Below, piece by piece: positions 26,181 to 39,299 of a stretch of 64,000 nucleotides of DNA. The DNA is taken from NCBI GenBank assembly GCA_022605425.2, contig JAKIMF020000007.1:1178001-1242000 (forward strand). Direction: 5' to 3'. The notes under the pieces are model-generated. The model did not search any database. It was given only the letters and a program-made list of their open reading frames with translations, and was not told the origin of the DNA. The DNA is from Hamiltosporidium tvaerminnensis FI-OER-3-3. Lineage: Eukaryota; Fungi; Microsporidia. The translations under genes were made by a program, and so were the position numbers. Each line of letters begins with the position of its first letter. The stretch's first letter is position 1.

Positions 26181-28586
26181 CACAATAAAGTTACTAATAA
26201 AATTCTTTTATATAGCTAATGTTTCTTACTATTCTTAATTAAATATTTGGATATTATCGATTTCTCTTATTTCTATAACTTTTCTTTTAAATTTATTTTC
26301 AAGTAAGAAGGGAGCTATTAAAATCGGATTTTGATGGAAAGACAATTTCTTGGGTTTTTTGAACAAATTTTTGTTGGATGCATTAAGTAGAGAAGCTTCA
26401 AAAAAAGTTTAAATTTAAAAAAATGTATTAAATCATTTATCGAATTAAATGTTCTAAATTCTTCCTCTAAAATTTTTTCTTAAATGATCATTAGTGTTTT
26501 ATTGCTACCGTGTTGAAGTGAGAAATTTAAAAACAAAAAAAAAGTTCTTCTCAAAACGTTTATTAGTAACTTTTTTTTAAAAACCATTTTTTGAATTTTT
26601 TTATAGCTCAATCGGGAATTTATCACATTTTAAAAGTTCAGTTAATCTATTTGAAAGGGTTTAACTTCAATTAAGGAATAATCGATAATACATATCAAAG
26701 CATTACGAAATAAATAAATATTTACTCAATAATTAATACAATCATAAACTACATTTTTATAATTATTTTCAACAATTTTTTACTTTCATTCTTAAAAATC
26801 TTGAACTAAATAAAAAATCAACCAAGAAAACAGATTAAAAAGGGATGGAAAAAAGGAGAAAAAAAACCTGAAATAAGAATTTGTACTGTCCATGAATGTT
26901 TCAATGATTTTTTTTATAATATTTTGGAAAAAAAAATCAAAAAACAAAACTGGATTTATAGTATATGGGTAACCAATATTATTAGGGCATCAATAAAATT
27001 CTAAATAAAATGAGCTTCATTTTTAGACAGTTCATCTAGCTCTTTGCTATTTTAGTTTCCTCTTATAAATCCGAATCTTCAAATAAATTTATTTTCGGTT
27101 CCTCTACTATATTTCGATTATTAAAAACCAAAGATATAGTATTTTAGATTTTTGTATATTTATCACATCTTCTTCGTTACTAGTCTGTCTTAAAAATATA
27201 TAAATTGTTCATGCGATTTGGATTTTTATATAGACTCTTTGATGTACTTTTTACGCTTAAATAATTCAATTTTTTATATTTTTTTATTTGCCAAAAAAAC
27301 TTTTATTACGTGACAAAAGCAGTACTTTAAACATCCACAACCTAAATATGCACAAACATATTTTACCTCCCAAATTAAAATTCTATTTTAAAAATAGCCT
27401 TTTTTAAAATTTAAAAAAATAAAAAATCTTCAAAATTATTTTTAATTTTCAACTACAACTATGAAATGTGAGAAAAATTTTATGAATCATATTCGTGATT
27501 TTAATTTGTAAAACATTTTTTTTTAAAAAATTTAAGTTTGAAAATTTTAGAACTTTTTATTTACACACCAATTTTTTTTTGACAAAATTTTTTTTATAAA
27601 TTAATTATATTTGAATATAAATTCGATTCTAACTGTTTGAATAGCTAGCAATACTTTTACATTTATCAAAGAAGTTAAAAAAGAGTTTTAATTAATCTCC
27701 AAAATAGAATTTATTTTACAAAAAAGTATTAATTTGATTCCTAAATATTGTTCCCTCGAGTTTAAATTGTTATTTTAGTTTTTTTCACATGTAAATGTAA
27801 AATAGAAATATAAATAAATGAAAAGCCAATAAAAATCATCTTTCAGAATTTACGTATTTTTAATTGTATATTTAAAGTATAAATGAGTATAAGTAGCAGG
27901 ATACATACCCTATTTCATTAAATTTCATACATTAGTGCGTAATTTTTGTACAAATCAATATAAAAAAGTTTATCTTCCTTCAATAAAAATTTATATTTGA
28001 TTTTATAATTAAATTATAATGAAATAATTAAATTATTTTTATTAATATATTTTTAATGGTAAAAAAACTTTATAAAGAGCAATATATCGAAAATGGTATA
28101 TGAAATATTATAAAAATATGAAACAAGATAGAAGTGTTAGTCTTAGTGATTAAAGTAAATCAAAATATACTAGATTTGATTTTTTTTGAGAATATGCCTT
28201 TAGAAGCTCTTGAACCTGAAAAAGTATTTACAGAAATAATAAGATTAGACAGAAGACCTTCTAGTATCTTTTTTAATTGGAAGAGTTTTTCGGAAAAAAT
28301 ATGGTATTTTTTTATTTTATATTGTAAAAATATTTTGGTAATTATATTGAATATTTTTATAATAATTTTAGAAATAATTACAATTTAAATATTGCCTGAT
28401 TCATATTTAACAATTGAATTTTTGCTGATAAGTATTTTAACATATATTTTTGTAACTGTGCTTATCATTCATATTCTATATTTGATATTGTTTTATAACA
28501 TAGAAATTGTACTTGAAATATTAATTTTACTGTTTCAAATTGTATTTTTAATAATTGGAAATTATAATAATTTAGATATTTGATTA

Positions 28587-29313
28587 GTGGAGGGAGGATA
28601 ACCACATAAAAAACTTTCTGCTTGGCAATGGGTGTGTGAAACTGATGTGAGGTCATTGTTTGGATTTTTGGTGGGAATAGAACTACACTACATCTTCAGT
28701 TGTTCCATGGGAGTTGTTATGAGGATGAGAGGTCTAAGAAATGGAGAAACTTTTTCTATAAATTTATTTGTAGTTTTTTATGTAACCAGATTGCAGACCG
28801 CAGCTGAACATGTAGGTAATTTCCATGTAAAAGCATGTAAACCTAGCCCTGCTTACTCGGGTTAGAAGACTTAGCGCCTGGGAGATATAAAAATAAAAAC
28901 CATTTAAAGCCGGGAGAGCTAAGTAGCAGGTTATACCTGTTGGTATGACATTGCTCTGTCTAGGTGGACCTCATGTAATTCTCTGAAATATATGTTGGCT
29001 AGAAGTTTATTGGGTTCAGAAAGTGTAGAGTAAGTGGGAATGCTGCATAGTCTTGGGGGAGCCCAGGGGGGGCTTCGGCCTTCGATCACACTCCATGCAA
29101 CAGACATTAACGAACTCCGGGCAACTGCCTCGCCTAGTAATTAGGTTCTACACACCTGGTAAATGAAAGGCTTTGGGACGTAGGTATCGCAGGGGTTACT
29201 GATGGAGTTTTGGGTAGCAGTTATTTATGTTAAACCTAGAACTGCGTTAATGTCATGAAAACAAATATAACACTTGCCACTATTTTAAAAAGATGTGATA
29301 CTTTTAAATAAAG
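28587..29313 (+). mobile_element. Retroposon family A, young full-length copy
   Basis: gtggagggaggataaccac...gatgtgatacttttaaataaag, flanked by the 12-bp TSD tagatatttgat (28573-28584 / 29314-29325). Confidence 0.92.
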
Positions 29314-30882
29314 TAGATATTTGATAAATTAAAAATTTATTGTAATTGTTTATTTGATTTTATAAAGAAAAATTCAAAATTTTATAATTTTATGAAAATT
29401 TGATAGTTAAAAATATATTGTAATTGTTTATTTATTTTTATATTGACTATTGTAAAATGTTAAATTGTTAATATTTGCTAAAGAAGTTAAAAGAACCAAA
29501 AAGGTTATAATTTATTTTCTAAAAAAACTCATATGTAAAAATATAAATTATACTTTAGTATTTAATCGAGAAAAAACATCTTAAGAATATATTATCAAAG
29601 CACCAAGAATTTGAAACGTTTGAAATGTTTTCTAACGCTATATTTGGATTTTACAAACAGTAAATTGTATTTAAATCAACCACATATACACATATCAGTA
29701 TAGAAAAAAATATTTTATACAGATTTAGATTTAATCAAACTAATATTTTAAAACATACTTATAACACTTTCATATAACAAATTTTATATAAATTGATATG
29801 TTTTAAACTACCGAATAATAAAACATAACAGAAAAAATTAATGAAGTTTTAAATTAAACTTATATAGTGATATTACTGATATAGGCTTAGAAATAAATAT
29901 GAATAAACAATTTGATTTCATTTTTGCGCATATCATCTTTAATTATAAAATTAAAATATTTCCGACGAAGATGAAGAAGATACTCGAGTTTTTTGGTTTT
30001 TCGAAATATATACACGAATAATGGTATTTTAATTGAGAATGCGAATCTTATGGTTTCTTGCTAAATCTTACATTAAAATAAGCTTTGCCTGACGTAATTC
30101 ACGAGACACTTTAAAATTTTTGGTTTATCTAAAAAAAATTACACTTAATATCTTTAAAAAAATTATAGATTGCAGTACATCCGAATAATAACATCAATAA
30201 ACAAATTTACTAACTCTTTTTGTGTTTTAATATGTCTGATAAGATCTGATGTAATGAATCTATTTAAATTTTCTTTTAAGCTATTTTACTCATACATACA
30301 CAATAGTAAATAAAATTGATCTCGAAAAGTCATTTATCAGTGTAATTTATTTATATTTTTATAATTGTTCAATAAGATAAGTATACATCGAATAATATCA
30401 TGGGATATAATACCGGTGCATTAAAACTTTCAAATAAAAATGACTCGAAGTTATACGATGATTTAATATACCAATAGATCATGTCGCAGAAAAAAATTTT
30501 TTGTGAGAGAAAACGTTTCAAACAAATAAATGCCAACAGAAAAAAAGGATAAAACTATAACAGAAAATATCGAGTTAAGGCTCTAAAAATTGAGCAACTA
30601 GAATAGAAGAGGAAAATATTTTGGTTAAAAAAGAATCTAAAAATTTATTTAGAAATGCAAGGAGACCTAAAAACGGATACGAAGACTATGAAACATCCGA
30701 GTGAACATATAAAATGCAAAGATAGCAGCCAAATGAAAATATAAAGAATGTTAGATCAGATAACGAAGTTTAAAAACATTTCAATTATATTTTTTTAAAA
30801 TAAATTTAAACTTGTTTTCAAGAGCTTAACTGCTAGATTATGATACATATAAAGAATTTATAAAAAGTTAAAAATTTATTTT

Positions 30883-31899
30883 TTAATTAGGAATTTTGGT
30901 ATTTTTAGAAAATACTTCAATCTCGGCTTCTAAGAATTCCTTTTGGTATCTTTTAGCTTCTTCCTGGCACATTGAAATACATTCCTGTAATAATATTTTG
31001 AGAGAATCTGGAAAATCAGATTTTCTCTCTTTAAATATAAAATTAAAGAATTTCTTTTTAAAATATAGAGAATATATCGGTTTAAACGTATTGAAAATGA
31101 AAGCGTCTATATCTAAGAAATGTGTCAGGCCAAATAAGTAGTTGATTGCTGCTATATTGCAAGAAAAATTAATACTTTTTAAAAAAGATATTTCTGTTTC
31201 TAGCACATCATACTTAAGAGAATTTAATTCTTTGATTATATAGAATCTGCAATTCCATGCAGAATTATTTTCTTGGTCCAATACAATCATTTTTTCTGTT
31301 AAATCTAATCCAAATGTATATGATTTACTTTTGCGACAGTATTTTGTTATAAATGTCCAAGCATGTATATTCTTTGGTTCTTCCTTAAAAACATTGTTTA
31401 CAAAACTTAAATTCGAAGGTGTAATACACCTATAAATAGAAAACCAGTCAAGATGGTTCCAAATCTGGTAATTTTTATGATGAATTTGTACACATTTTTG
31501 TATCCAATTCATTTCAGCGTCGGTATAATCTAATCTTAAATCTCTTGTCAGTTCAAATAAAAAAAATATTTTTTTCTTTTTTTTCCAAAGCGATATTCTT
31601 TCATATTCCGTCAGATAATTATTTCTATTTTCACTACCAATTTTACGATACTCTTCAAACATTTTTGTAACTATTTTTCGTTTCACGTACCAAAACTCGT
31701 AATAAATCATATTTATTTCACATAATTTCGAGGTTATTCCCAAAAGAGAAGTAGAATTCATATTTGTGGTTTTCAGGAAATAATATATTTTACACAATTC
31801 TTTATATTCAAAGTTATCTTTATAATTTATTACATCGCCGTTTTTACCAAATGGAAAGTATTTATCGTCTTCGCTATTAAATGTTCTTTGGTAATCCAT
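30883..31899 (-). CDS. RAM2: Protein farnesyltransferase/geranylgeranyltransferase type-1 alpha subunit
   Basis: PPTA repeats YYEFWYVKR, KNYQIWNH, PKNIHAW and ENNSAWNCRFYII; first ATG at 31899. Confidence 0.85.
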   Translation of the reverse strand: MDYQRTFNSEDDKYFPFGKNGDVINYKDNFEYKELCKIYYFLKTTNMNSTSLLGITSKLCEINMIYYEFWYVKRKIVTKMFEEYRKIGSENRNNYLTEYERISLWKKKKKIFFLFELTRDLRLDYTDAEMNWIQKCVQIHHKNYQIWNHLDWFSIYRCITPSNLSFVNNVFKEEPKNIHAWTFITKYCRKSKSYTFGLDLTEKMIVLDQENNSAWNCRFYIIKELNSLKYDVLETEISFLKSINFSCNIAAINYLFGLTHFLDIDAFIFNTFKPIYSLYFKKKFFNFIFKERKSDFPDSLKILLQECISMCQEEAKRYQKEFLEAEIEVFSKNTKIPN

Positions 31900-33790
31900 T
31901 CTAAAACAAATTTGTAGCAATGTCAGTAGTTCGGTTTTTTGTTTAAATTTAAAAATTTAAAACAAATTTTTTTGATTTGCCGGTTTTAATATCTAAAACA
32001 GAGCTTCATACTTCATAAAGATTGTGATTTGAAAAACTATTTATATAAATGAAACCAAACATATATATTAAATATGAGAACAATTTAAACTATCTTGAGC
32101 GAGAAACTTTTAATTCGCTTTTTAATTTATACGAAGATTTTTAAATGCATTTTTGAAATTCAATTTATGACTATTTAACTGCCAAATATAAAATTAAGCA
32201 TAATAAGTATTATACTAAATATTAAATATAATTTTTCCATATTTATCAGCAGAGTTTTACTTAGTTAGTAAATACATAGAATAAAGATAAACATGCTATT
32301 TAAATCGGAAATTAAACTGAATTTTTGACAGAAGCAATATCGTATAAATTATATAAATTAAATTGATATTCTCAAATATTTTTTTCATTTATTAGATAAA
32401 AACATAACACATTTGTACAATGAAATTTTTGTTAAAAAATAGTATGAAATTGTTTTTTTTTGAACCAAAATCATTACTATTTATATGATTTTGCGCTAAA
32501 CAATTTTTTGCAAATTCCATACAGATTTATATTTCTTTGTAAAAAAATTTATGAAAAAGATATGAAAATTCACTCTAAGATTCTACTATAATCAAATATA
32601 AAAAATCATTTTTCATACCTTTTTTTAAAAAATGTTTAGAGAAAGAAAATTCACATTTATTATGAACTAATTTTTAATATTTGCTTTAAATAATCCAGAT
32701 CAATAGTATACAAATTACGACTCTCGCATTATATTAAATGCATAAAATTACTAATATCTTGAAGATTTTTATATTAATTAAATTTTCTAATATCATTGAT
32801 AGATTTATATGTTTATTTAAGACATACCTAATATTTAATCATGTATAAATCATTAATAGAAACTTAAATATACTTAATATTAAAAATTTTATAGATTACA
32901 AATATATTTTAACAATAAATCAATGATATAATTTTATAAGAATAAATTATATTCATTCGAATGACAATTTAAAGATTATTGAGAACCATGAGACGAAATT
33001 TAAATTTAAAAGTTAAAAAAATTCATAATATTTTTAAATTTTAGTGTTTAGTTTCTATTCACTAAAGAAAATTTATGTTAAAATATTTTTTTAATTTATA
33101 TAAATTTTACAAAAATATTTCTTTCTCTATTCTTAACAATCTTGCGAGGAAAACAATTTTTTTCATTTATTTTTCTATATTCGATTTAAAAAGCCAAAAT
33201 ACTATTTATATAGAGACGTTATAAATCCTGAAGACATTAATTTTTTTTAAAAAACGTGTGTTTTCTTCATTTAAAACGACCTGATCTATATTTTATTTTT
33301 CCAATATTGAATATTAAAATGAAAATATTTGAAATACCGAAAAAAAAATAACCGATTTAACTCCCCTTAATAGTACTATTCCCATTGTATATTGTTTTAA
33401 TGAGCATGATAAACCTAAGTATTCTAATAAATAACCAATTAAATCTATAAATTTCAAACTCTGTAAAATAATATTTCTACTTCTTGGATTTCATTGCAAA
33501 ATTTGTTTAGTTTATAACAGTATTCTTATTGGTAATCTGTCAACATTATAACAAAAAATTACTTTTTTTTTATGTTTCGAAATATTCCATATAAGGTGGA
33601 GGATTATAAGGAATAAATAGTACAAGAAGGTTTGCAGAAAATTATGTTTTATCAAATCTTTTATGTTGGATTGCGCTGTATTGCATTTTTAAACCAATTA
33701 GAATTTTTAAGTAAGTTTTATATATCACTGAAAACCATTAGAAGTAGTATTTAAACAAGCCTATTTGTATTAGAAATCAAAATTAAATTT

Positions 33791-35827
33791 TTAATTAAGA
33801 AAAATTTCTGTTTGAAGCTTTAAACGGATTTTAAGTGAAATAGCAGTTTTGTATTTTTTAGGAGTAAGGCTTGGATTTAGAATAACCTTGCAAATATAAT
33901 GTAATAACATATTACAGGTTTCAAAGAACCGAATATAATCATTATATTTCGGTATAATATTTCTTAAGTTTAATTTTTCCAAATTGGAATAATTATTTGG
34001 GAACCAATTTTTAAACTTTTCATTAAGTTCACTTGAATCTTCTTCAAAAATTTTCATTGTAAAATAATCACAGAATATTATTTTATAAACCCGTGCAATA
34101 TCCTTGAATAAATCCCTTATGTCAGCTTCTATAGAGTAACTCTCAGAAGATAACTTCTTAGCGAAATGAGTTTTAAAACTTTTGTATTGATTTTTAGGCT
34201 CTTGATTCAAATAATTGCTTTCTAAAATCTTTATATTTATGGTTTTTAAACTTTCGTCTGACAGCAATATAAATACATCGAATAGTATTCCAGCTATTTC
34301 AGGTATTACTTGTTTTTTAGGTAATAGAGATATTAAAGGCATTCCCGGAATTAAAGAGTAAGTATATTCCAAACAAAGAACTTCTTCACAGTGAGAATAC
34401 AAAAAATCAACATCCGAAACAACTTCGAAGAATCTCTCGTGATATTGCTTTTTAAATATTCGACAAATATTTTTTAGATAATCTAAAATAAAATTATAGG
34501 AATTATAAAATGCTGTTATGTTAAATGAAAATATATGTGAAAACTCTTTCATTTTATTTCCTTCTGAGCCATCAGAGATATATATGTTCAAATCTTTAGA
34601 GTAAAATTCTATTACAGCTTCTATAACTTTCAGACACCAGGAAAGATAAAAAACATTTATTGTTTTCGAATTATTCTCATTTAAAGCGGTTTTGACCCAA
34701 TACGGTAGCAGCAAAAATATCGGTTTTAAATAGATCATTGGTAATCCTTTTTTTACAAATACACGAAAAATTGAGTTTTTCAATTCAGGTATTCTTTTTT
34801 CGCCCGAATAAATTTTTTGACTTTCGTTCTCTATAATTGAATTGGTATACATTTCCATATTTTTCGAAAAAATAGCAATTTCTTCTTTGGAATGTGAAAT
34901 ATCTTCTAAGAAAATTTCGTAATTACTTTCTAAAAACGGTTTACATTCATCGAGTTCATTAATTTCAGAGCCCGAAGAGACATTGTTTGAAATTTTAGCT
35001 TTATTATATTCTCTTAAAGACCAATATTTGTGGTCTTCATACTTTACATCCAAATCCTTTTTTATTTGTTGGTTATCCAAGGAATTGCATATTAGATGAA
35101 AAAAACCTAGCGAGTTTTCTTCGAACCGTATTTTGCTATTTTCATTCTGAATAAGTGAAGTTGGTTGGGTAAAATGAGTTGTTTGAATAGGTTTAACATC
35201 AGTTAAGGCCTTCTGTTCAATGGTTGAATTAGACTGGAAGTAAAAGGGAAAAAGTTTAAATATTATAGCCGGACGATATGATTGTGCTAGATTTCTAACT
35301 AGTTTATTCTTCGGTTGATAGTAACTAGATGAATTATGAGGAGGTGACTCGCTGATAAAATTCGTATTTTTATTGCAGTTGGCTGCAACGTGGGAAGAAA
35401 TTTGATTGTTTTCAGATGAATTTGAATTTCGAAGACAATACTGTTCATCCGAAGACTGTAAATCTTGATCGAAATGATGGGGTTGCGGGTTTAAAGACTG
35501 CAATTCTTGGTCGGAGAGATCGTTTGGGCGTTTCAATCGATGTAATTCTTGCTCGGAAGGACGAAATTGGTGGGTTGTAAAGTAAGATTGTTGATCGGAA
35601 AAAAAAGATCGTGGGTTAAACTGGTATGTTTGTGTATCGGAAGGATAGGATTGCGAAGTACCATGGGAATGAAATAGTGAATAAAGCCTCGGTCGCATTA
35701 TTTGTCGTGAATATTGATTGTTTTGAAATATGAAATCAAGAGATGGCGGTCGTCTTACGTCATTTACATCGGAACCGCGAACAAGATCTAAAAAATACAT
35801 CATATAAATCAAGTCAATGTATATCAT
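33791..35827 (-). CDS. Secreted lineage-specific family protein (signal peptide + low-complexity Q/S/P region + conserved helical domain), paralog 1
   Basis: Intact ORF; probable start ATG 35827 after tttacccaccc (alternative 35890); PMIYLKPIFLLLPYW, ILFDVFILLS and ETCN..LHYICKVILNPSLTP are shared with three other copies. Confidence 0.85.
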   Translation of the reverse strand: MIYIDLIYMMYFLDLVRGSDVNDVRRPPSLDFIFQNNQYSRQIMRPRLYSLFHSHGTSQSYPSDTQTYQFNPRSFFSDQQSYFTTHQFRPSEQELHRLKRPNDLSDQELQSLNPQPHHFDQDLQSSDEQYCLRNSNSSENNQISSHVAANCNKNTNFISESPPHNSSSYYQPKNKLVRNLAQSYRPAIIFKLFPFYFQSNSTIEQKALTDVKPIQTTHFTQPTSLIQNENSKIRFEENSLGFFHLICNSLDNQQIKKDLDVKYEDHKYWSLREYNKAKISNNVSSGSEINELDECKPFLESNYEIFLEDISHSKEEIAIFSKNMEMYTNSIIENESQKIYSGEKRIPELKNSIFRVFVKKGLPMIYLKPIFLLLPYWVKTALNENNSKTINVFYLSWCLKVIEAVIEFYSKDLNIYISDGSEGNKMKEFSHIFSFNITAFYNSYNFILDYLKNICRIFKKQYHERFFEVVSDVDFLYSHCEEVLCLEYTYSLIPGMPLISLLPKKQVIPEIAGILFDVFILLSDESLKTINIKILESNYLNQEPKNQYKSFKTHFAKKLSSESYSIEADIRDLFKDIARVYKIIFCDYFTMKIFEEDSSELNEKFKNWFPNNYSNLEKLNLRNIIPKYNDYIRFFETCNMLLHYICKVILNPSLTPKKYKTAISLKIRLKLQTEIFLN

Positions 35828-37606
35828 TTGGGTGGGTAAACATAAAATTTTTATTATATAAAGAATATAAACTAGTTTGATAAGCTGCATACTGAGATAT
35901 TTTAGAATTATATCATTCGTTCGAAAAATAATGAATTTAATGGTTAAAAAATAATTGTTTTTTTCAAAACTTCAATAAGAGCTTGATTTTGTCAATAAAT
36001 TCTATCATTTTATTAGAAATATTTAAAAATGTATGTTTTTATTTGCTAAATAATATAGTATCTATTTTATGTGCAAAACGAGAAATTTGTATTCTAGAAA
36101 TTTTTGCAATCATTCTATGATATCTTAAATTTCACAATATTTAATTTATTTCTTTGAGGAAAAGAAGATTTAATTGTGGTTGCCCAATCAAACCTCACTA
36201 TTTTAGGATATTTCAAAGTTTTTCTGGCAAGATAATAGATAATTTCTTACAAAAGTATTATTTAATATAAAATATGACTTGCTCTATTTATATCTTTATG
36301 AGAACATAGGTTTTTACGCGTTATTATAATAATATTTTTAGATATATAATATGAAATATATCTTTGAATAATTTTTGCCGTTATGTTCTTATCAATTTAA
36401 TTTCATATTTTATAGATAGCTTTGTTTTAAAATGAAAATTATTGAATCATTAAATATGTTTTTACTTTGTAAGATGTATATTTCTACATATGAAACCAAT
36501 ATTTTGCATTACTAATATTCTAATTCGTTATTGGGTCTTTATATATTTAAAAGCAGCACATATAAAGGGTGTTACTCTATCGTGGTTTTTAAGTGAGCAT
36601 AGTTAAGGCCATCAAAGCAACTGTTACTAATAAAACAAATTATCTTCATGAAATAATTTAAATAGTTCAAATAAATTTATTCTAATCTGTAAACTTCTAA
36701 ATATAGAATATTCTATTGGTTATATTTAAATATAAAAAATCGAGAGTTTTGTTGTATTAAAAACTTTAGAATTCTTTATAGAAAAAAAAATATATAAAGA
36801 TATGATAAAAGCAATTCTAAATGAATTTAGAATATTTCCTTTAGATTTTAAAATAAAATTGTAAATAGTTTTACCGAGAAATTATTTGATAATGTATGAA
36901 ATTAGCAAAAAAATATTAATTAATTCTCACGAGAAATATCTATTTTTAACAATTATTTTAGTAAAAGTTTCTGAAAATCAAAATTAATTCTAACGAAAAA
37001 TAAAAATTTATACATATGAATCAGAAAAAAAAATCCGAATATGATAAAATAAGTTGTACAAAAAATTTAATAATCAAACAAATTCATACCAAAGAACCCC
37101 AAACAAGATAAATTAATTTAAAAGAAAAATATGGAATTTGTACAAATATCAGAAAAAATTCCCAAAAAGATAAATTAATTGTTACAAAAAATAATTTTTT
37201 TAACAGTTACATCAGCCAAAAGTTTCTAAAAAGGGAATATTATCGTATAATTTTTGTTTGAAAATTTATTTTTTATAATTATGTTGTGATGTTATGAAGA
37301 TAGGTTTTTAAACAAATTAATGTGGGAAACTTTAAGTATAGTAATTCTATAAATTAATTTAAATTTTTTTTCAATTTATTAAATTGTCTTTTGCTTTGCA
37401 TCCTATATATCAGTTTATTTTTATATGTTTCTTGATCTGTTCAAATTTTTTCAACTAGAAATTAATCTATTTAATTTTTACAAGGAAAAAAATTTTATTT
37501 TCTTTAGTAATTTGTTATGGTTAATATCTACTAATAATGAATAAATAATATTTATTTGACCAAATCTTTTTGTTCTTTTTTGACAATGAATATATACCTA
37601 TAGAAT

Positions 37607-38330
37607 CTTTATTTAAAATATCACATCTATATAAAAAATTGGCAAGTGTTATATTTGTTTTCCTGGCATTAACGCAGTTCTAGGTTTAAATCAATAGCTG
37701 CTACGCCAAAACTCCATCGGTAACCCCTACGATACCTACTTCCCAAAGCCGTTCATCTACCAGGTGTATAGAACCTAGTTAATAGGCGAGGCGATTACCC
37801 GGTGTTCGTTAATGTCCGCTGCATAGAGTGTGATCGAAGGCCGAAGCCTCGCTAGGCTCACTCAAGACTATACAGCATTACCACTTACTCTACACTTTCT
37901 GAACCCAATAAACTTCTAGCAAAGATATATTTCAGAGATTTACCTGGGGTCCACCTAAACAGTGAAATGTCATACCAACAGGTATAACCTGCTACTTAGC
38001 TTTCCTGGCTTTAAATGATTTTTTGTTTTGTATCTCCCAGGCGCTAAGTCTTCTAACCCGAGTGAGCAAGGCTAGGTTTCCATGCTTTTACATAGAAATT
38101 ATCTACATGTTCAGCTGCGGTCTGCAATCTGGTTACATAAAAAACTAAAATAAATTTGTAGAAAAAGTTTCTCCATTTCTTAGACCTCTCCTCCTCATAA
38201 CAACTCCCATAGAACAACCGAAGATGTAGTGTGGTTGTATTCCCACCAAAAATCCAAACAATGATCTCACACCAGTTTCACACACTCATTGCCAAGCAGA
38301 AAGTTTTTTATGTGGTTATCCTCTCTCCAC
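37607..38330 (-). mobile_element. Retroposon family A, young full-length copy
   Basis: Near-identical to the 28587 and 44026 copies; 14-bp TSD tatacctatagaat (37593-37606 / 38333-38346). Confidence 0.92.
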
Positions 38331-39010
38331 TTTATACCTATAGAATAATAATATGTTTTTTTAAATAAATCTATACCCATTAAATATCTTGTAACTTAAA
38401 AAACCTGCTTATTGTTATTATTTTTTGTATATAAAAGTGACTGCCGTATTTTTTAGATTTGATCTATTGACTTACATGATTTGCAGCACCACCGCCTTTT
38501 AAAGCTCGGTTCATCAAGATCTTTGTTCTTTTTTTCACATTCTGCACAAAACTTCTCAATCGAAATAATATTTATTCTCCTTAGATTTTTCATGTAGCGA
38601 GAATCCTTGAAAATCTTCTTTTTTGCTTATTTAAGATTATCGCTGATGGTGGTCATATATAGAAATTCATTTTTTTAACATACGAATCATTCGTTATTAA
38701 AGCCCTAGAAATCCTTATTTTCTTTACATTGATAATCTTAATAAAATACATTAAACAATGTTTATTGCTAATATGAATATTTTATAATTATTTTTTTTGG
38801 TAAAATCTTTAAACACATCTGTTGGAAGAATGTTATATTATAGTATTATTAAATGCAGCATGCCTAAGATAAAATATCAAGATCACTTCTACAATATAGA
38901 ATTCTAAATCGAGATTATTGACCAAATTATTTTTTCGAAACTGAAAATGCATCTGGAAAATATATTTTCTATCAAAACAATATTAGTATTAAAGGAATGT
39001 TTTATCTACT

Positions 39011-39245
39011 TTATTCATTCAACTTTGGCACTACAGCCCTGTAACAAACTTGGCCTCCTTTTGTAATACCGCCTACCGGTCTTTTTCCAGTGGGTTTGTT
39101 TACTATTTCAAGTTTCGTAACAAATTGATTTTTTAAAGGTGGGTTGTTAGCCCTACGCTCAATCCCGACATGGAAAATCGATCTCTTTTAGTCGCCTTTT
39201 ACGAAAGGCAGAGAATACTCCAAACCAATTCTGCACGACATGGTG
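39011..39245 (-). mobile_element. RTE-derived SINE-like element (family B)
   Basis: Reverse-complement copy of 8025-8260 with a (gaat)n-like tail. Confidence 0.8.
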
Positions 39246-39299
39246 TAGAATATATCTCATATAGCCTTCGCATTTTTTCCGATTTATTCTTTGAAATAA

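Noticed and set aside
27900-28586. Hydrophobic ORFs 28134-28388 and 28392-28583; possible decayed LRR-type gene
   Set aside because: Composition follows from extreme AT richness, starts are non-ATG, and no motif can be supported.
28632-28865. 77-aa ORF repeated at 44472-44705
   Set aside because: It lies within repeat family A, starts with GTG, and is frameshifted in the otherwise near-identical 37607 copy; conservation is explained by the repeat.
28587-29313. Family A as a solo LTR, MITE, hammerhead retrozyme or telomerase RNA
   Set aside because: No TG..CA ends or TIRs, TSDs are long and variable, there is no CUGAnGA/GAAA core, and no clear telomere template.
37015-37200. Degenerate repeats (atcagaaaaa...gataaattaatt)
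   Set aside because: Low-complexity and irregularly spaced; not a CRISPR array or an interpretable repeat.
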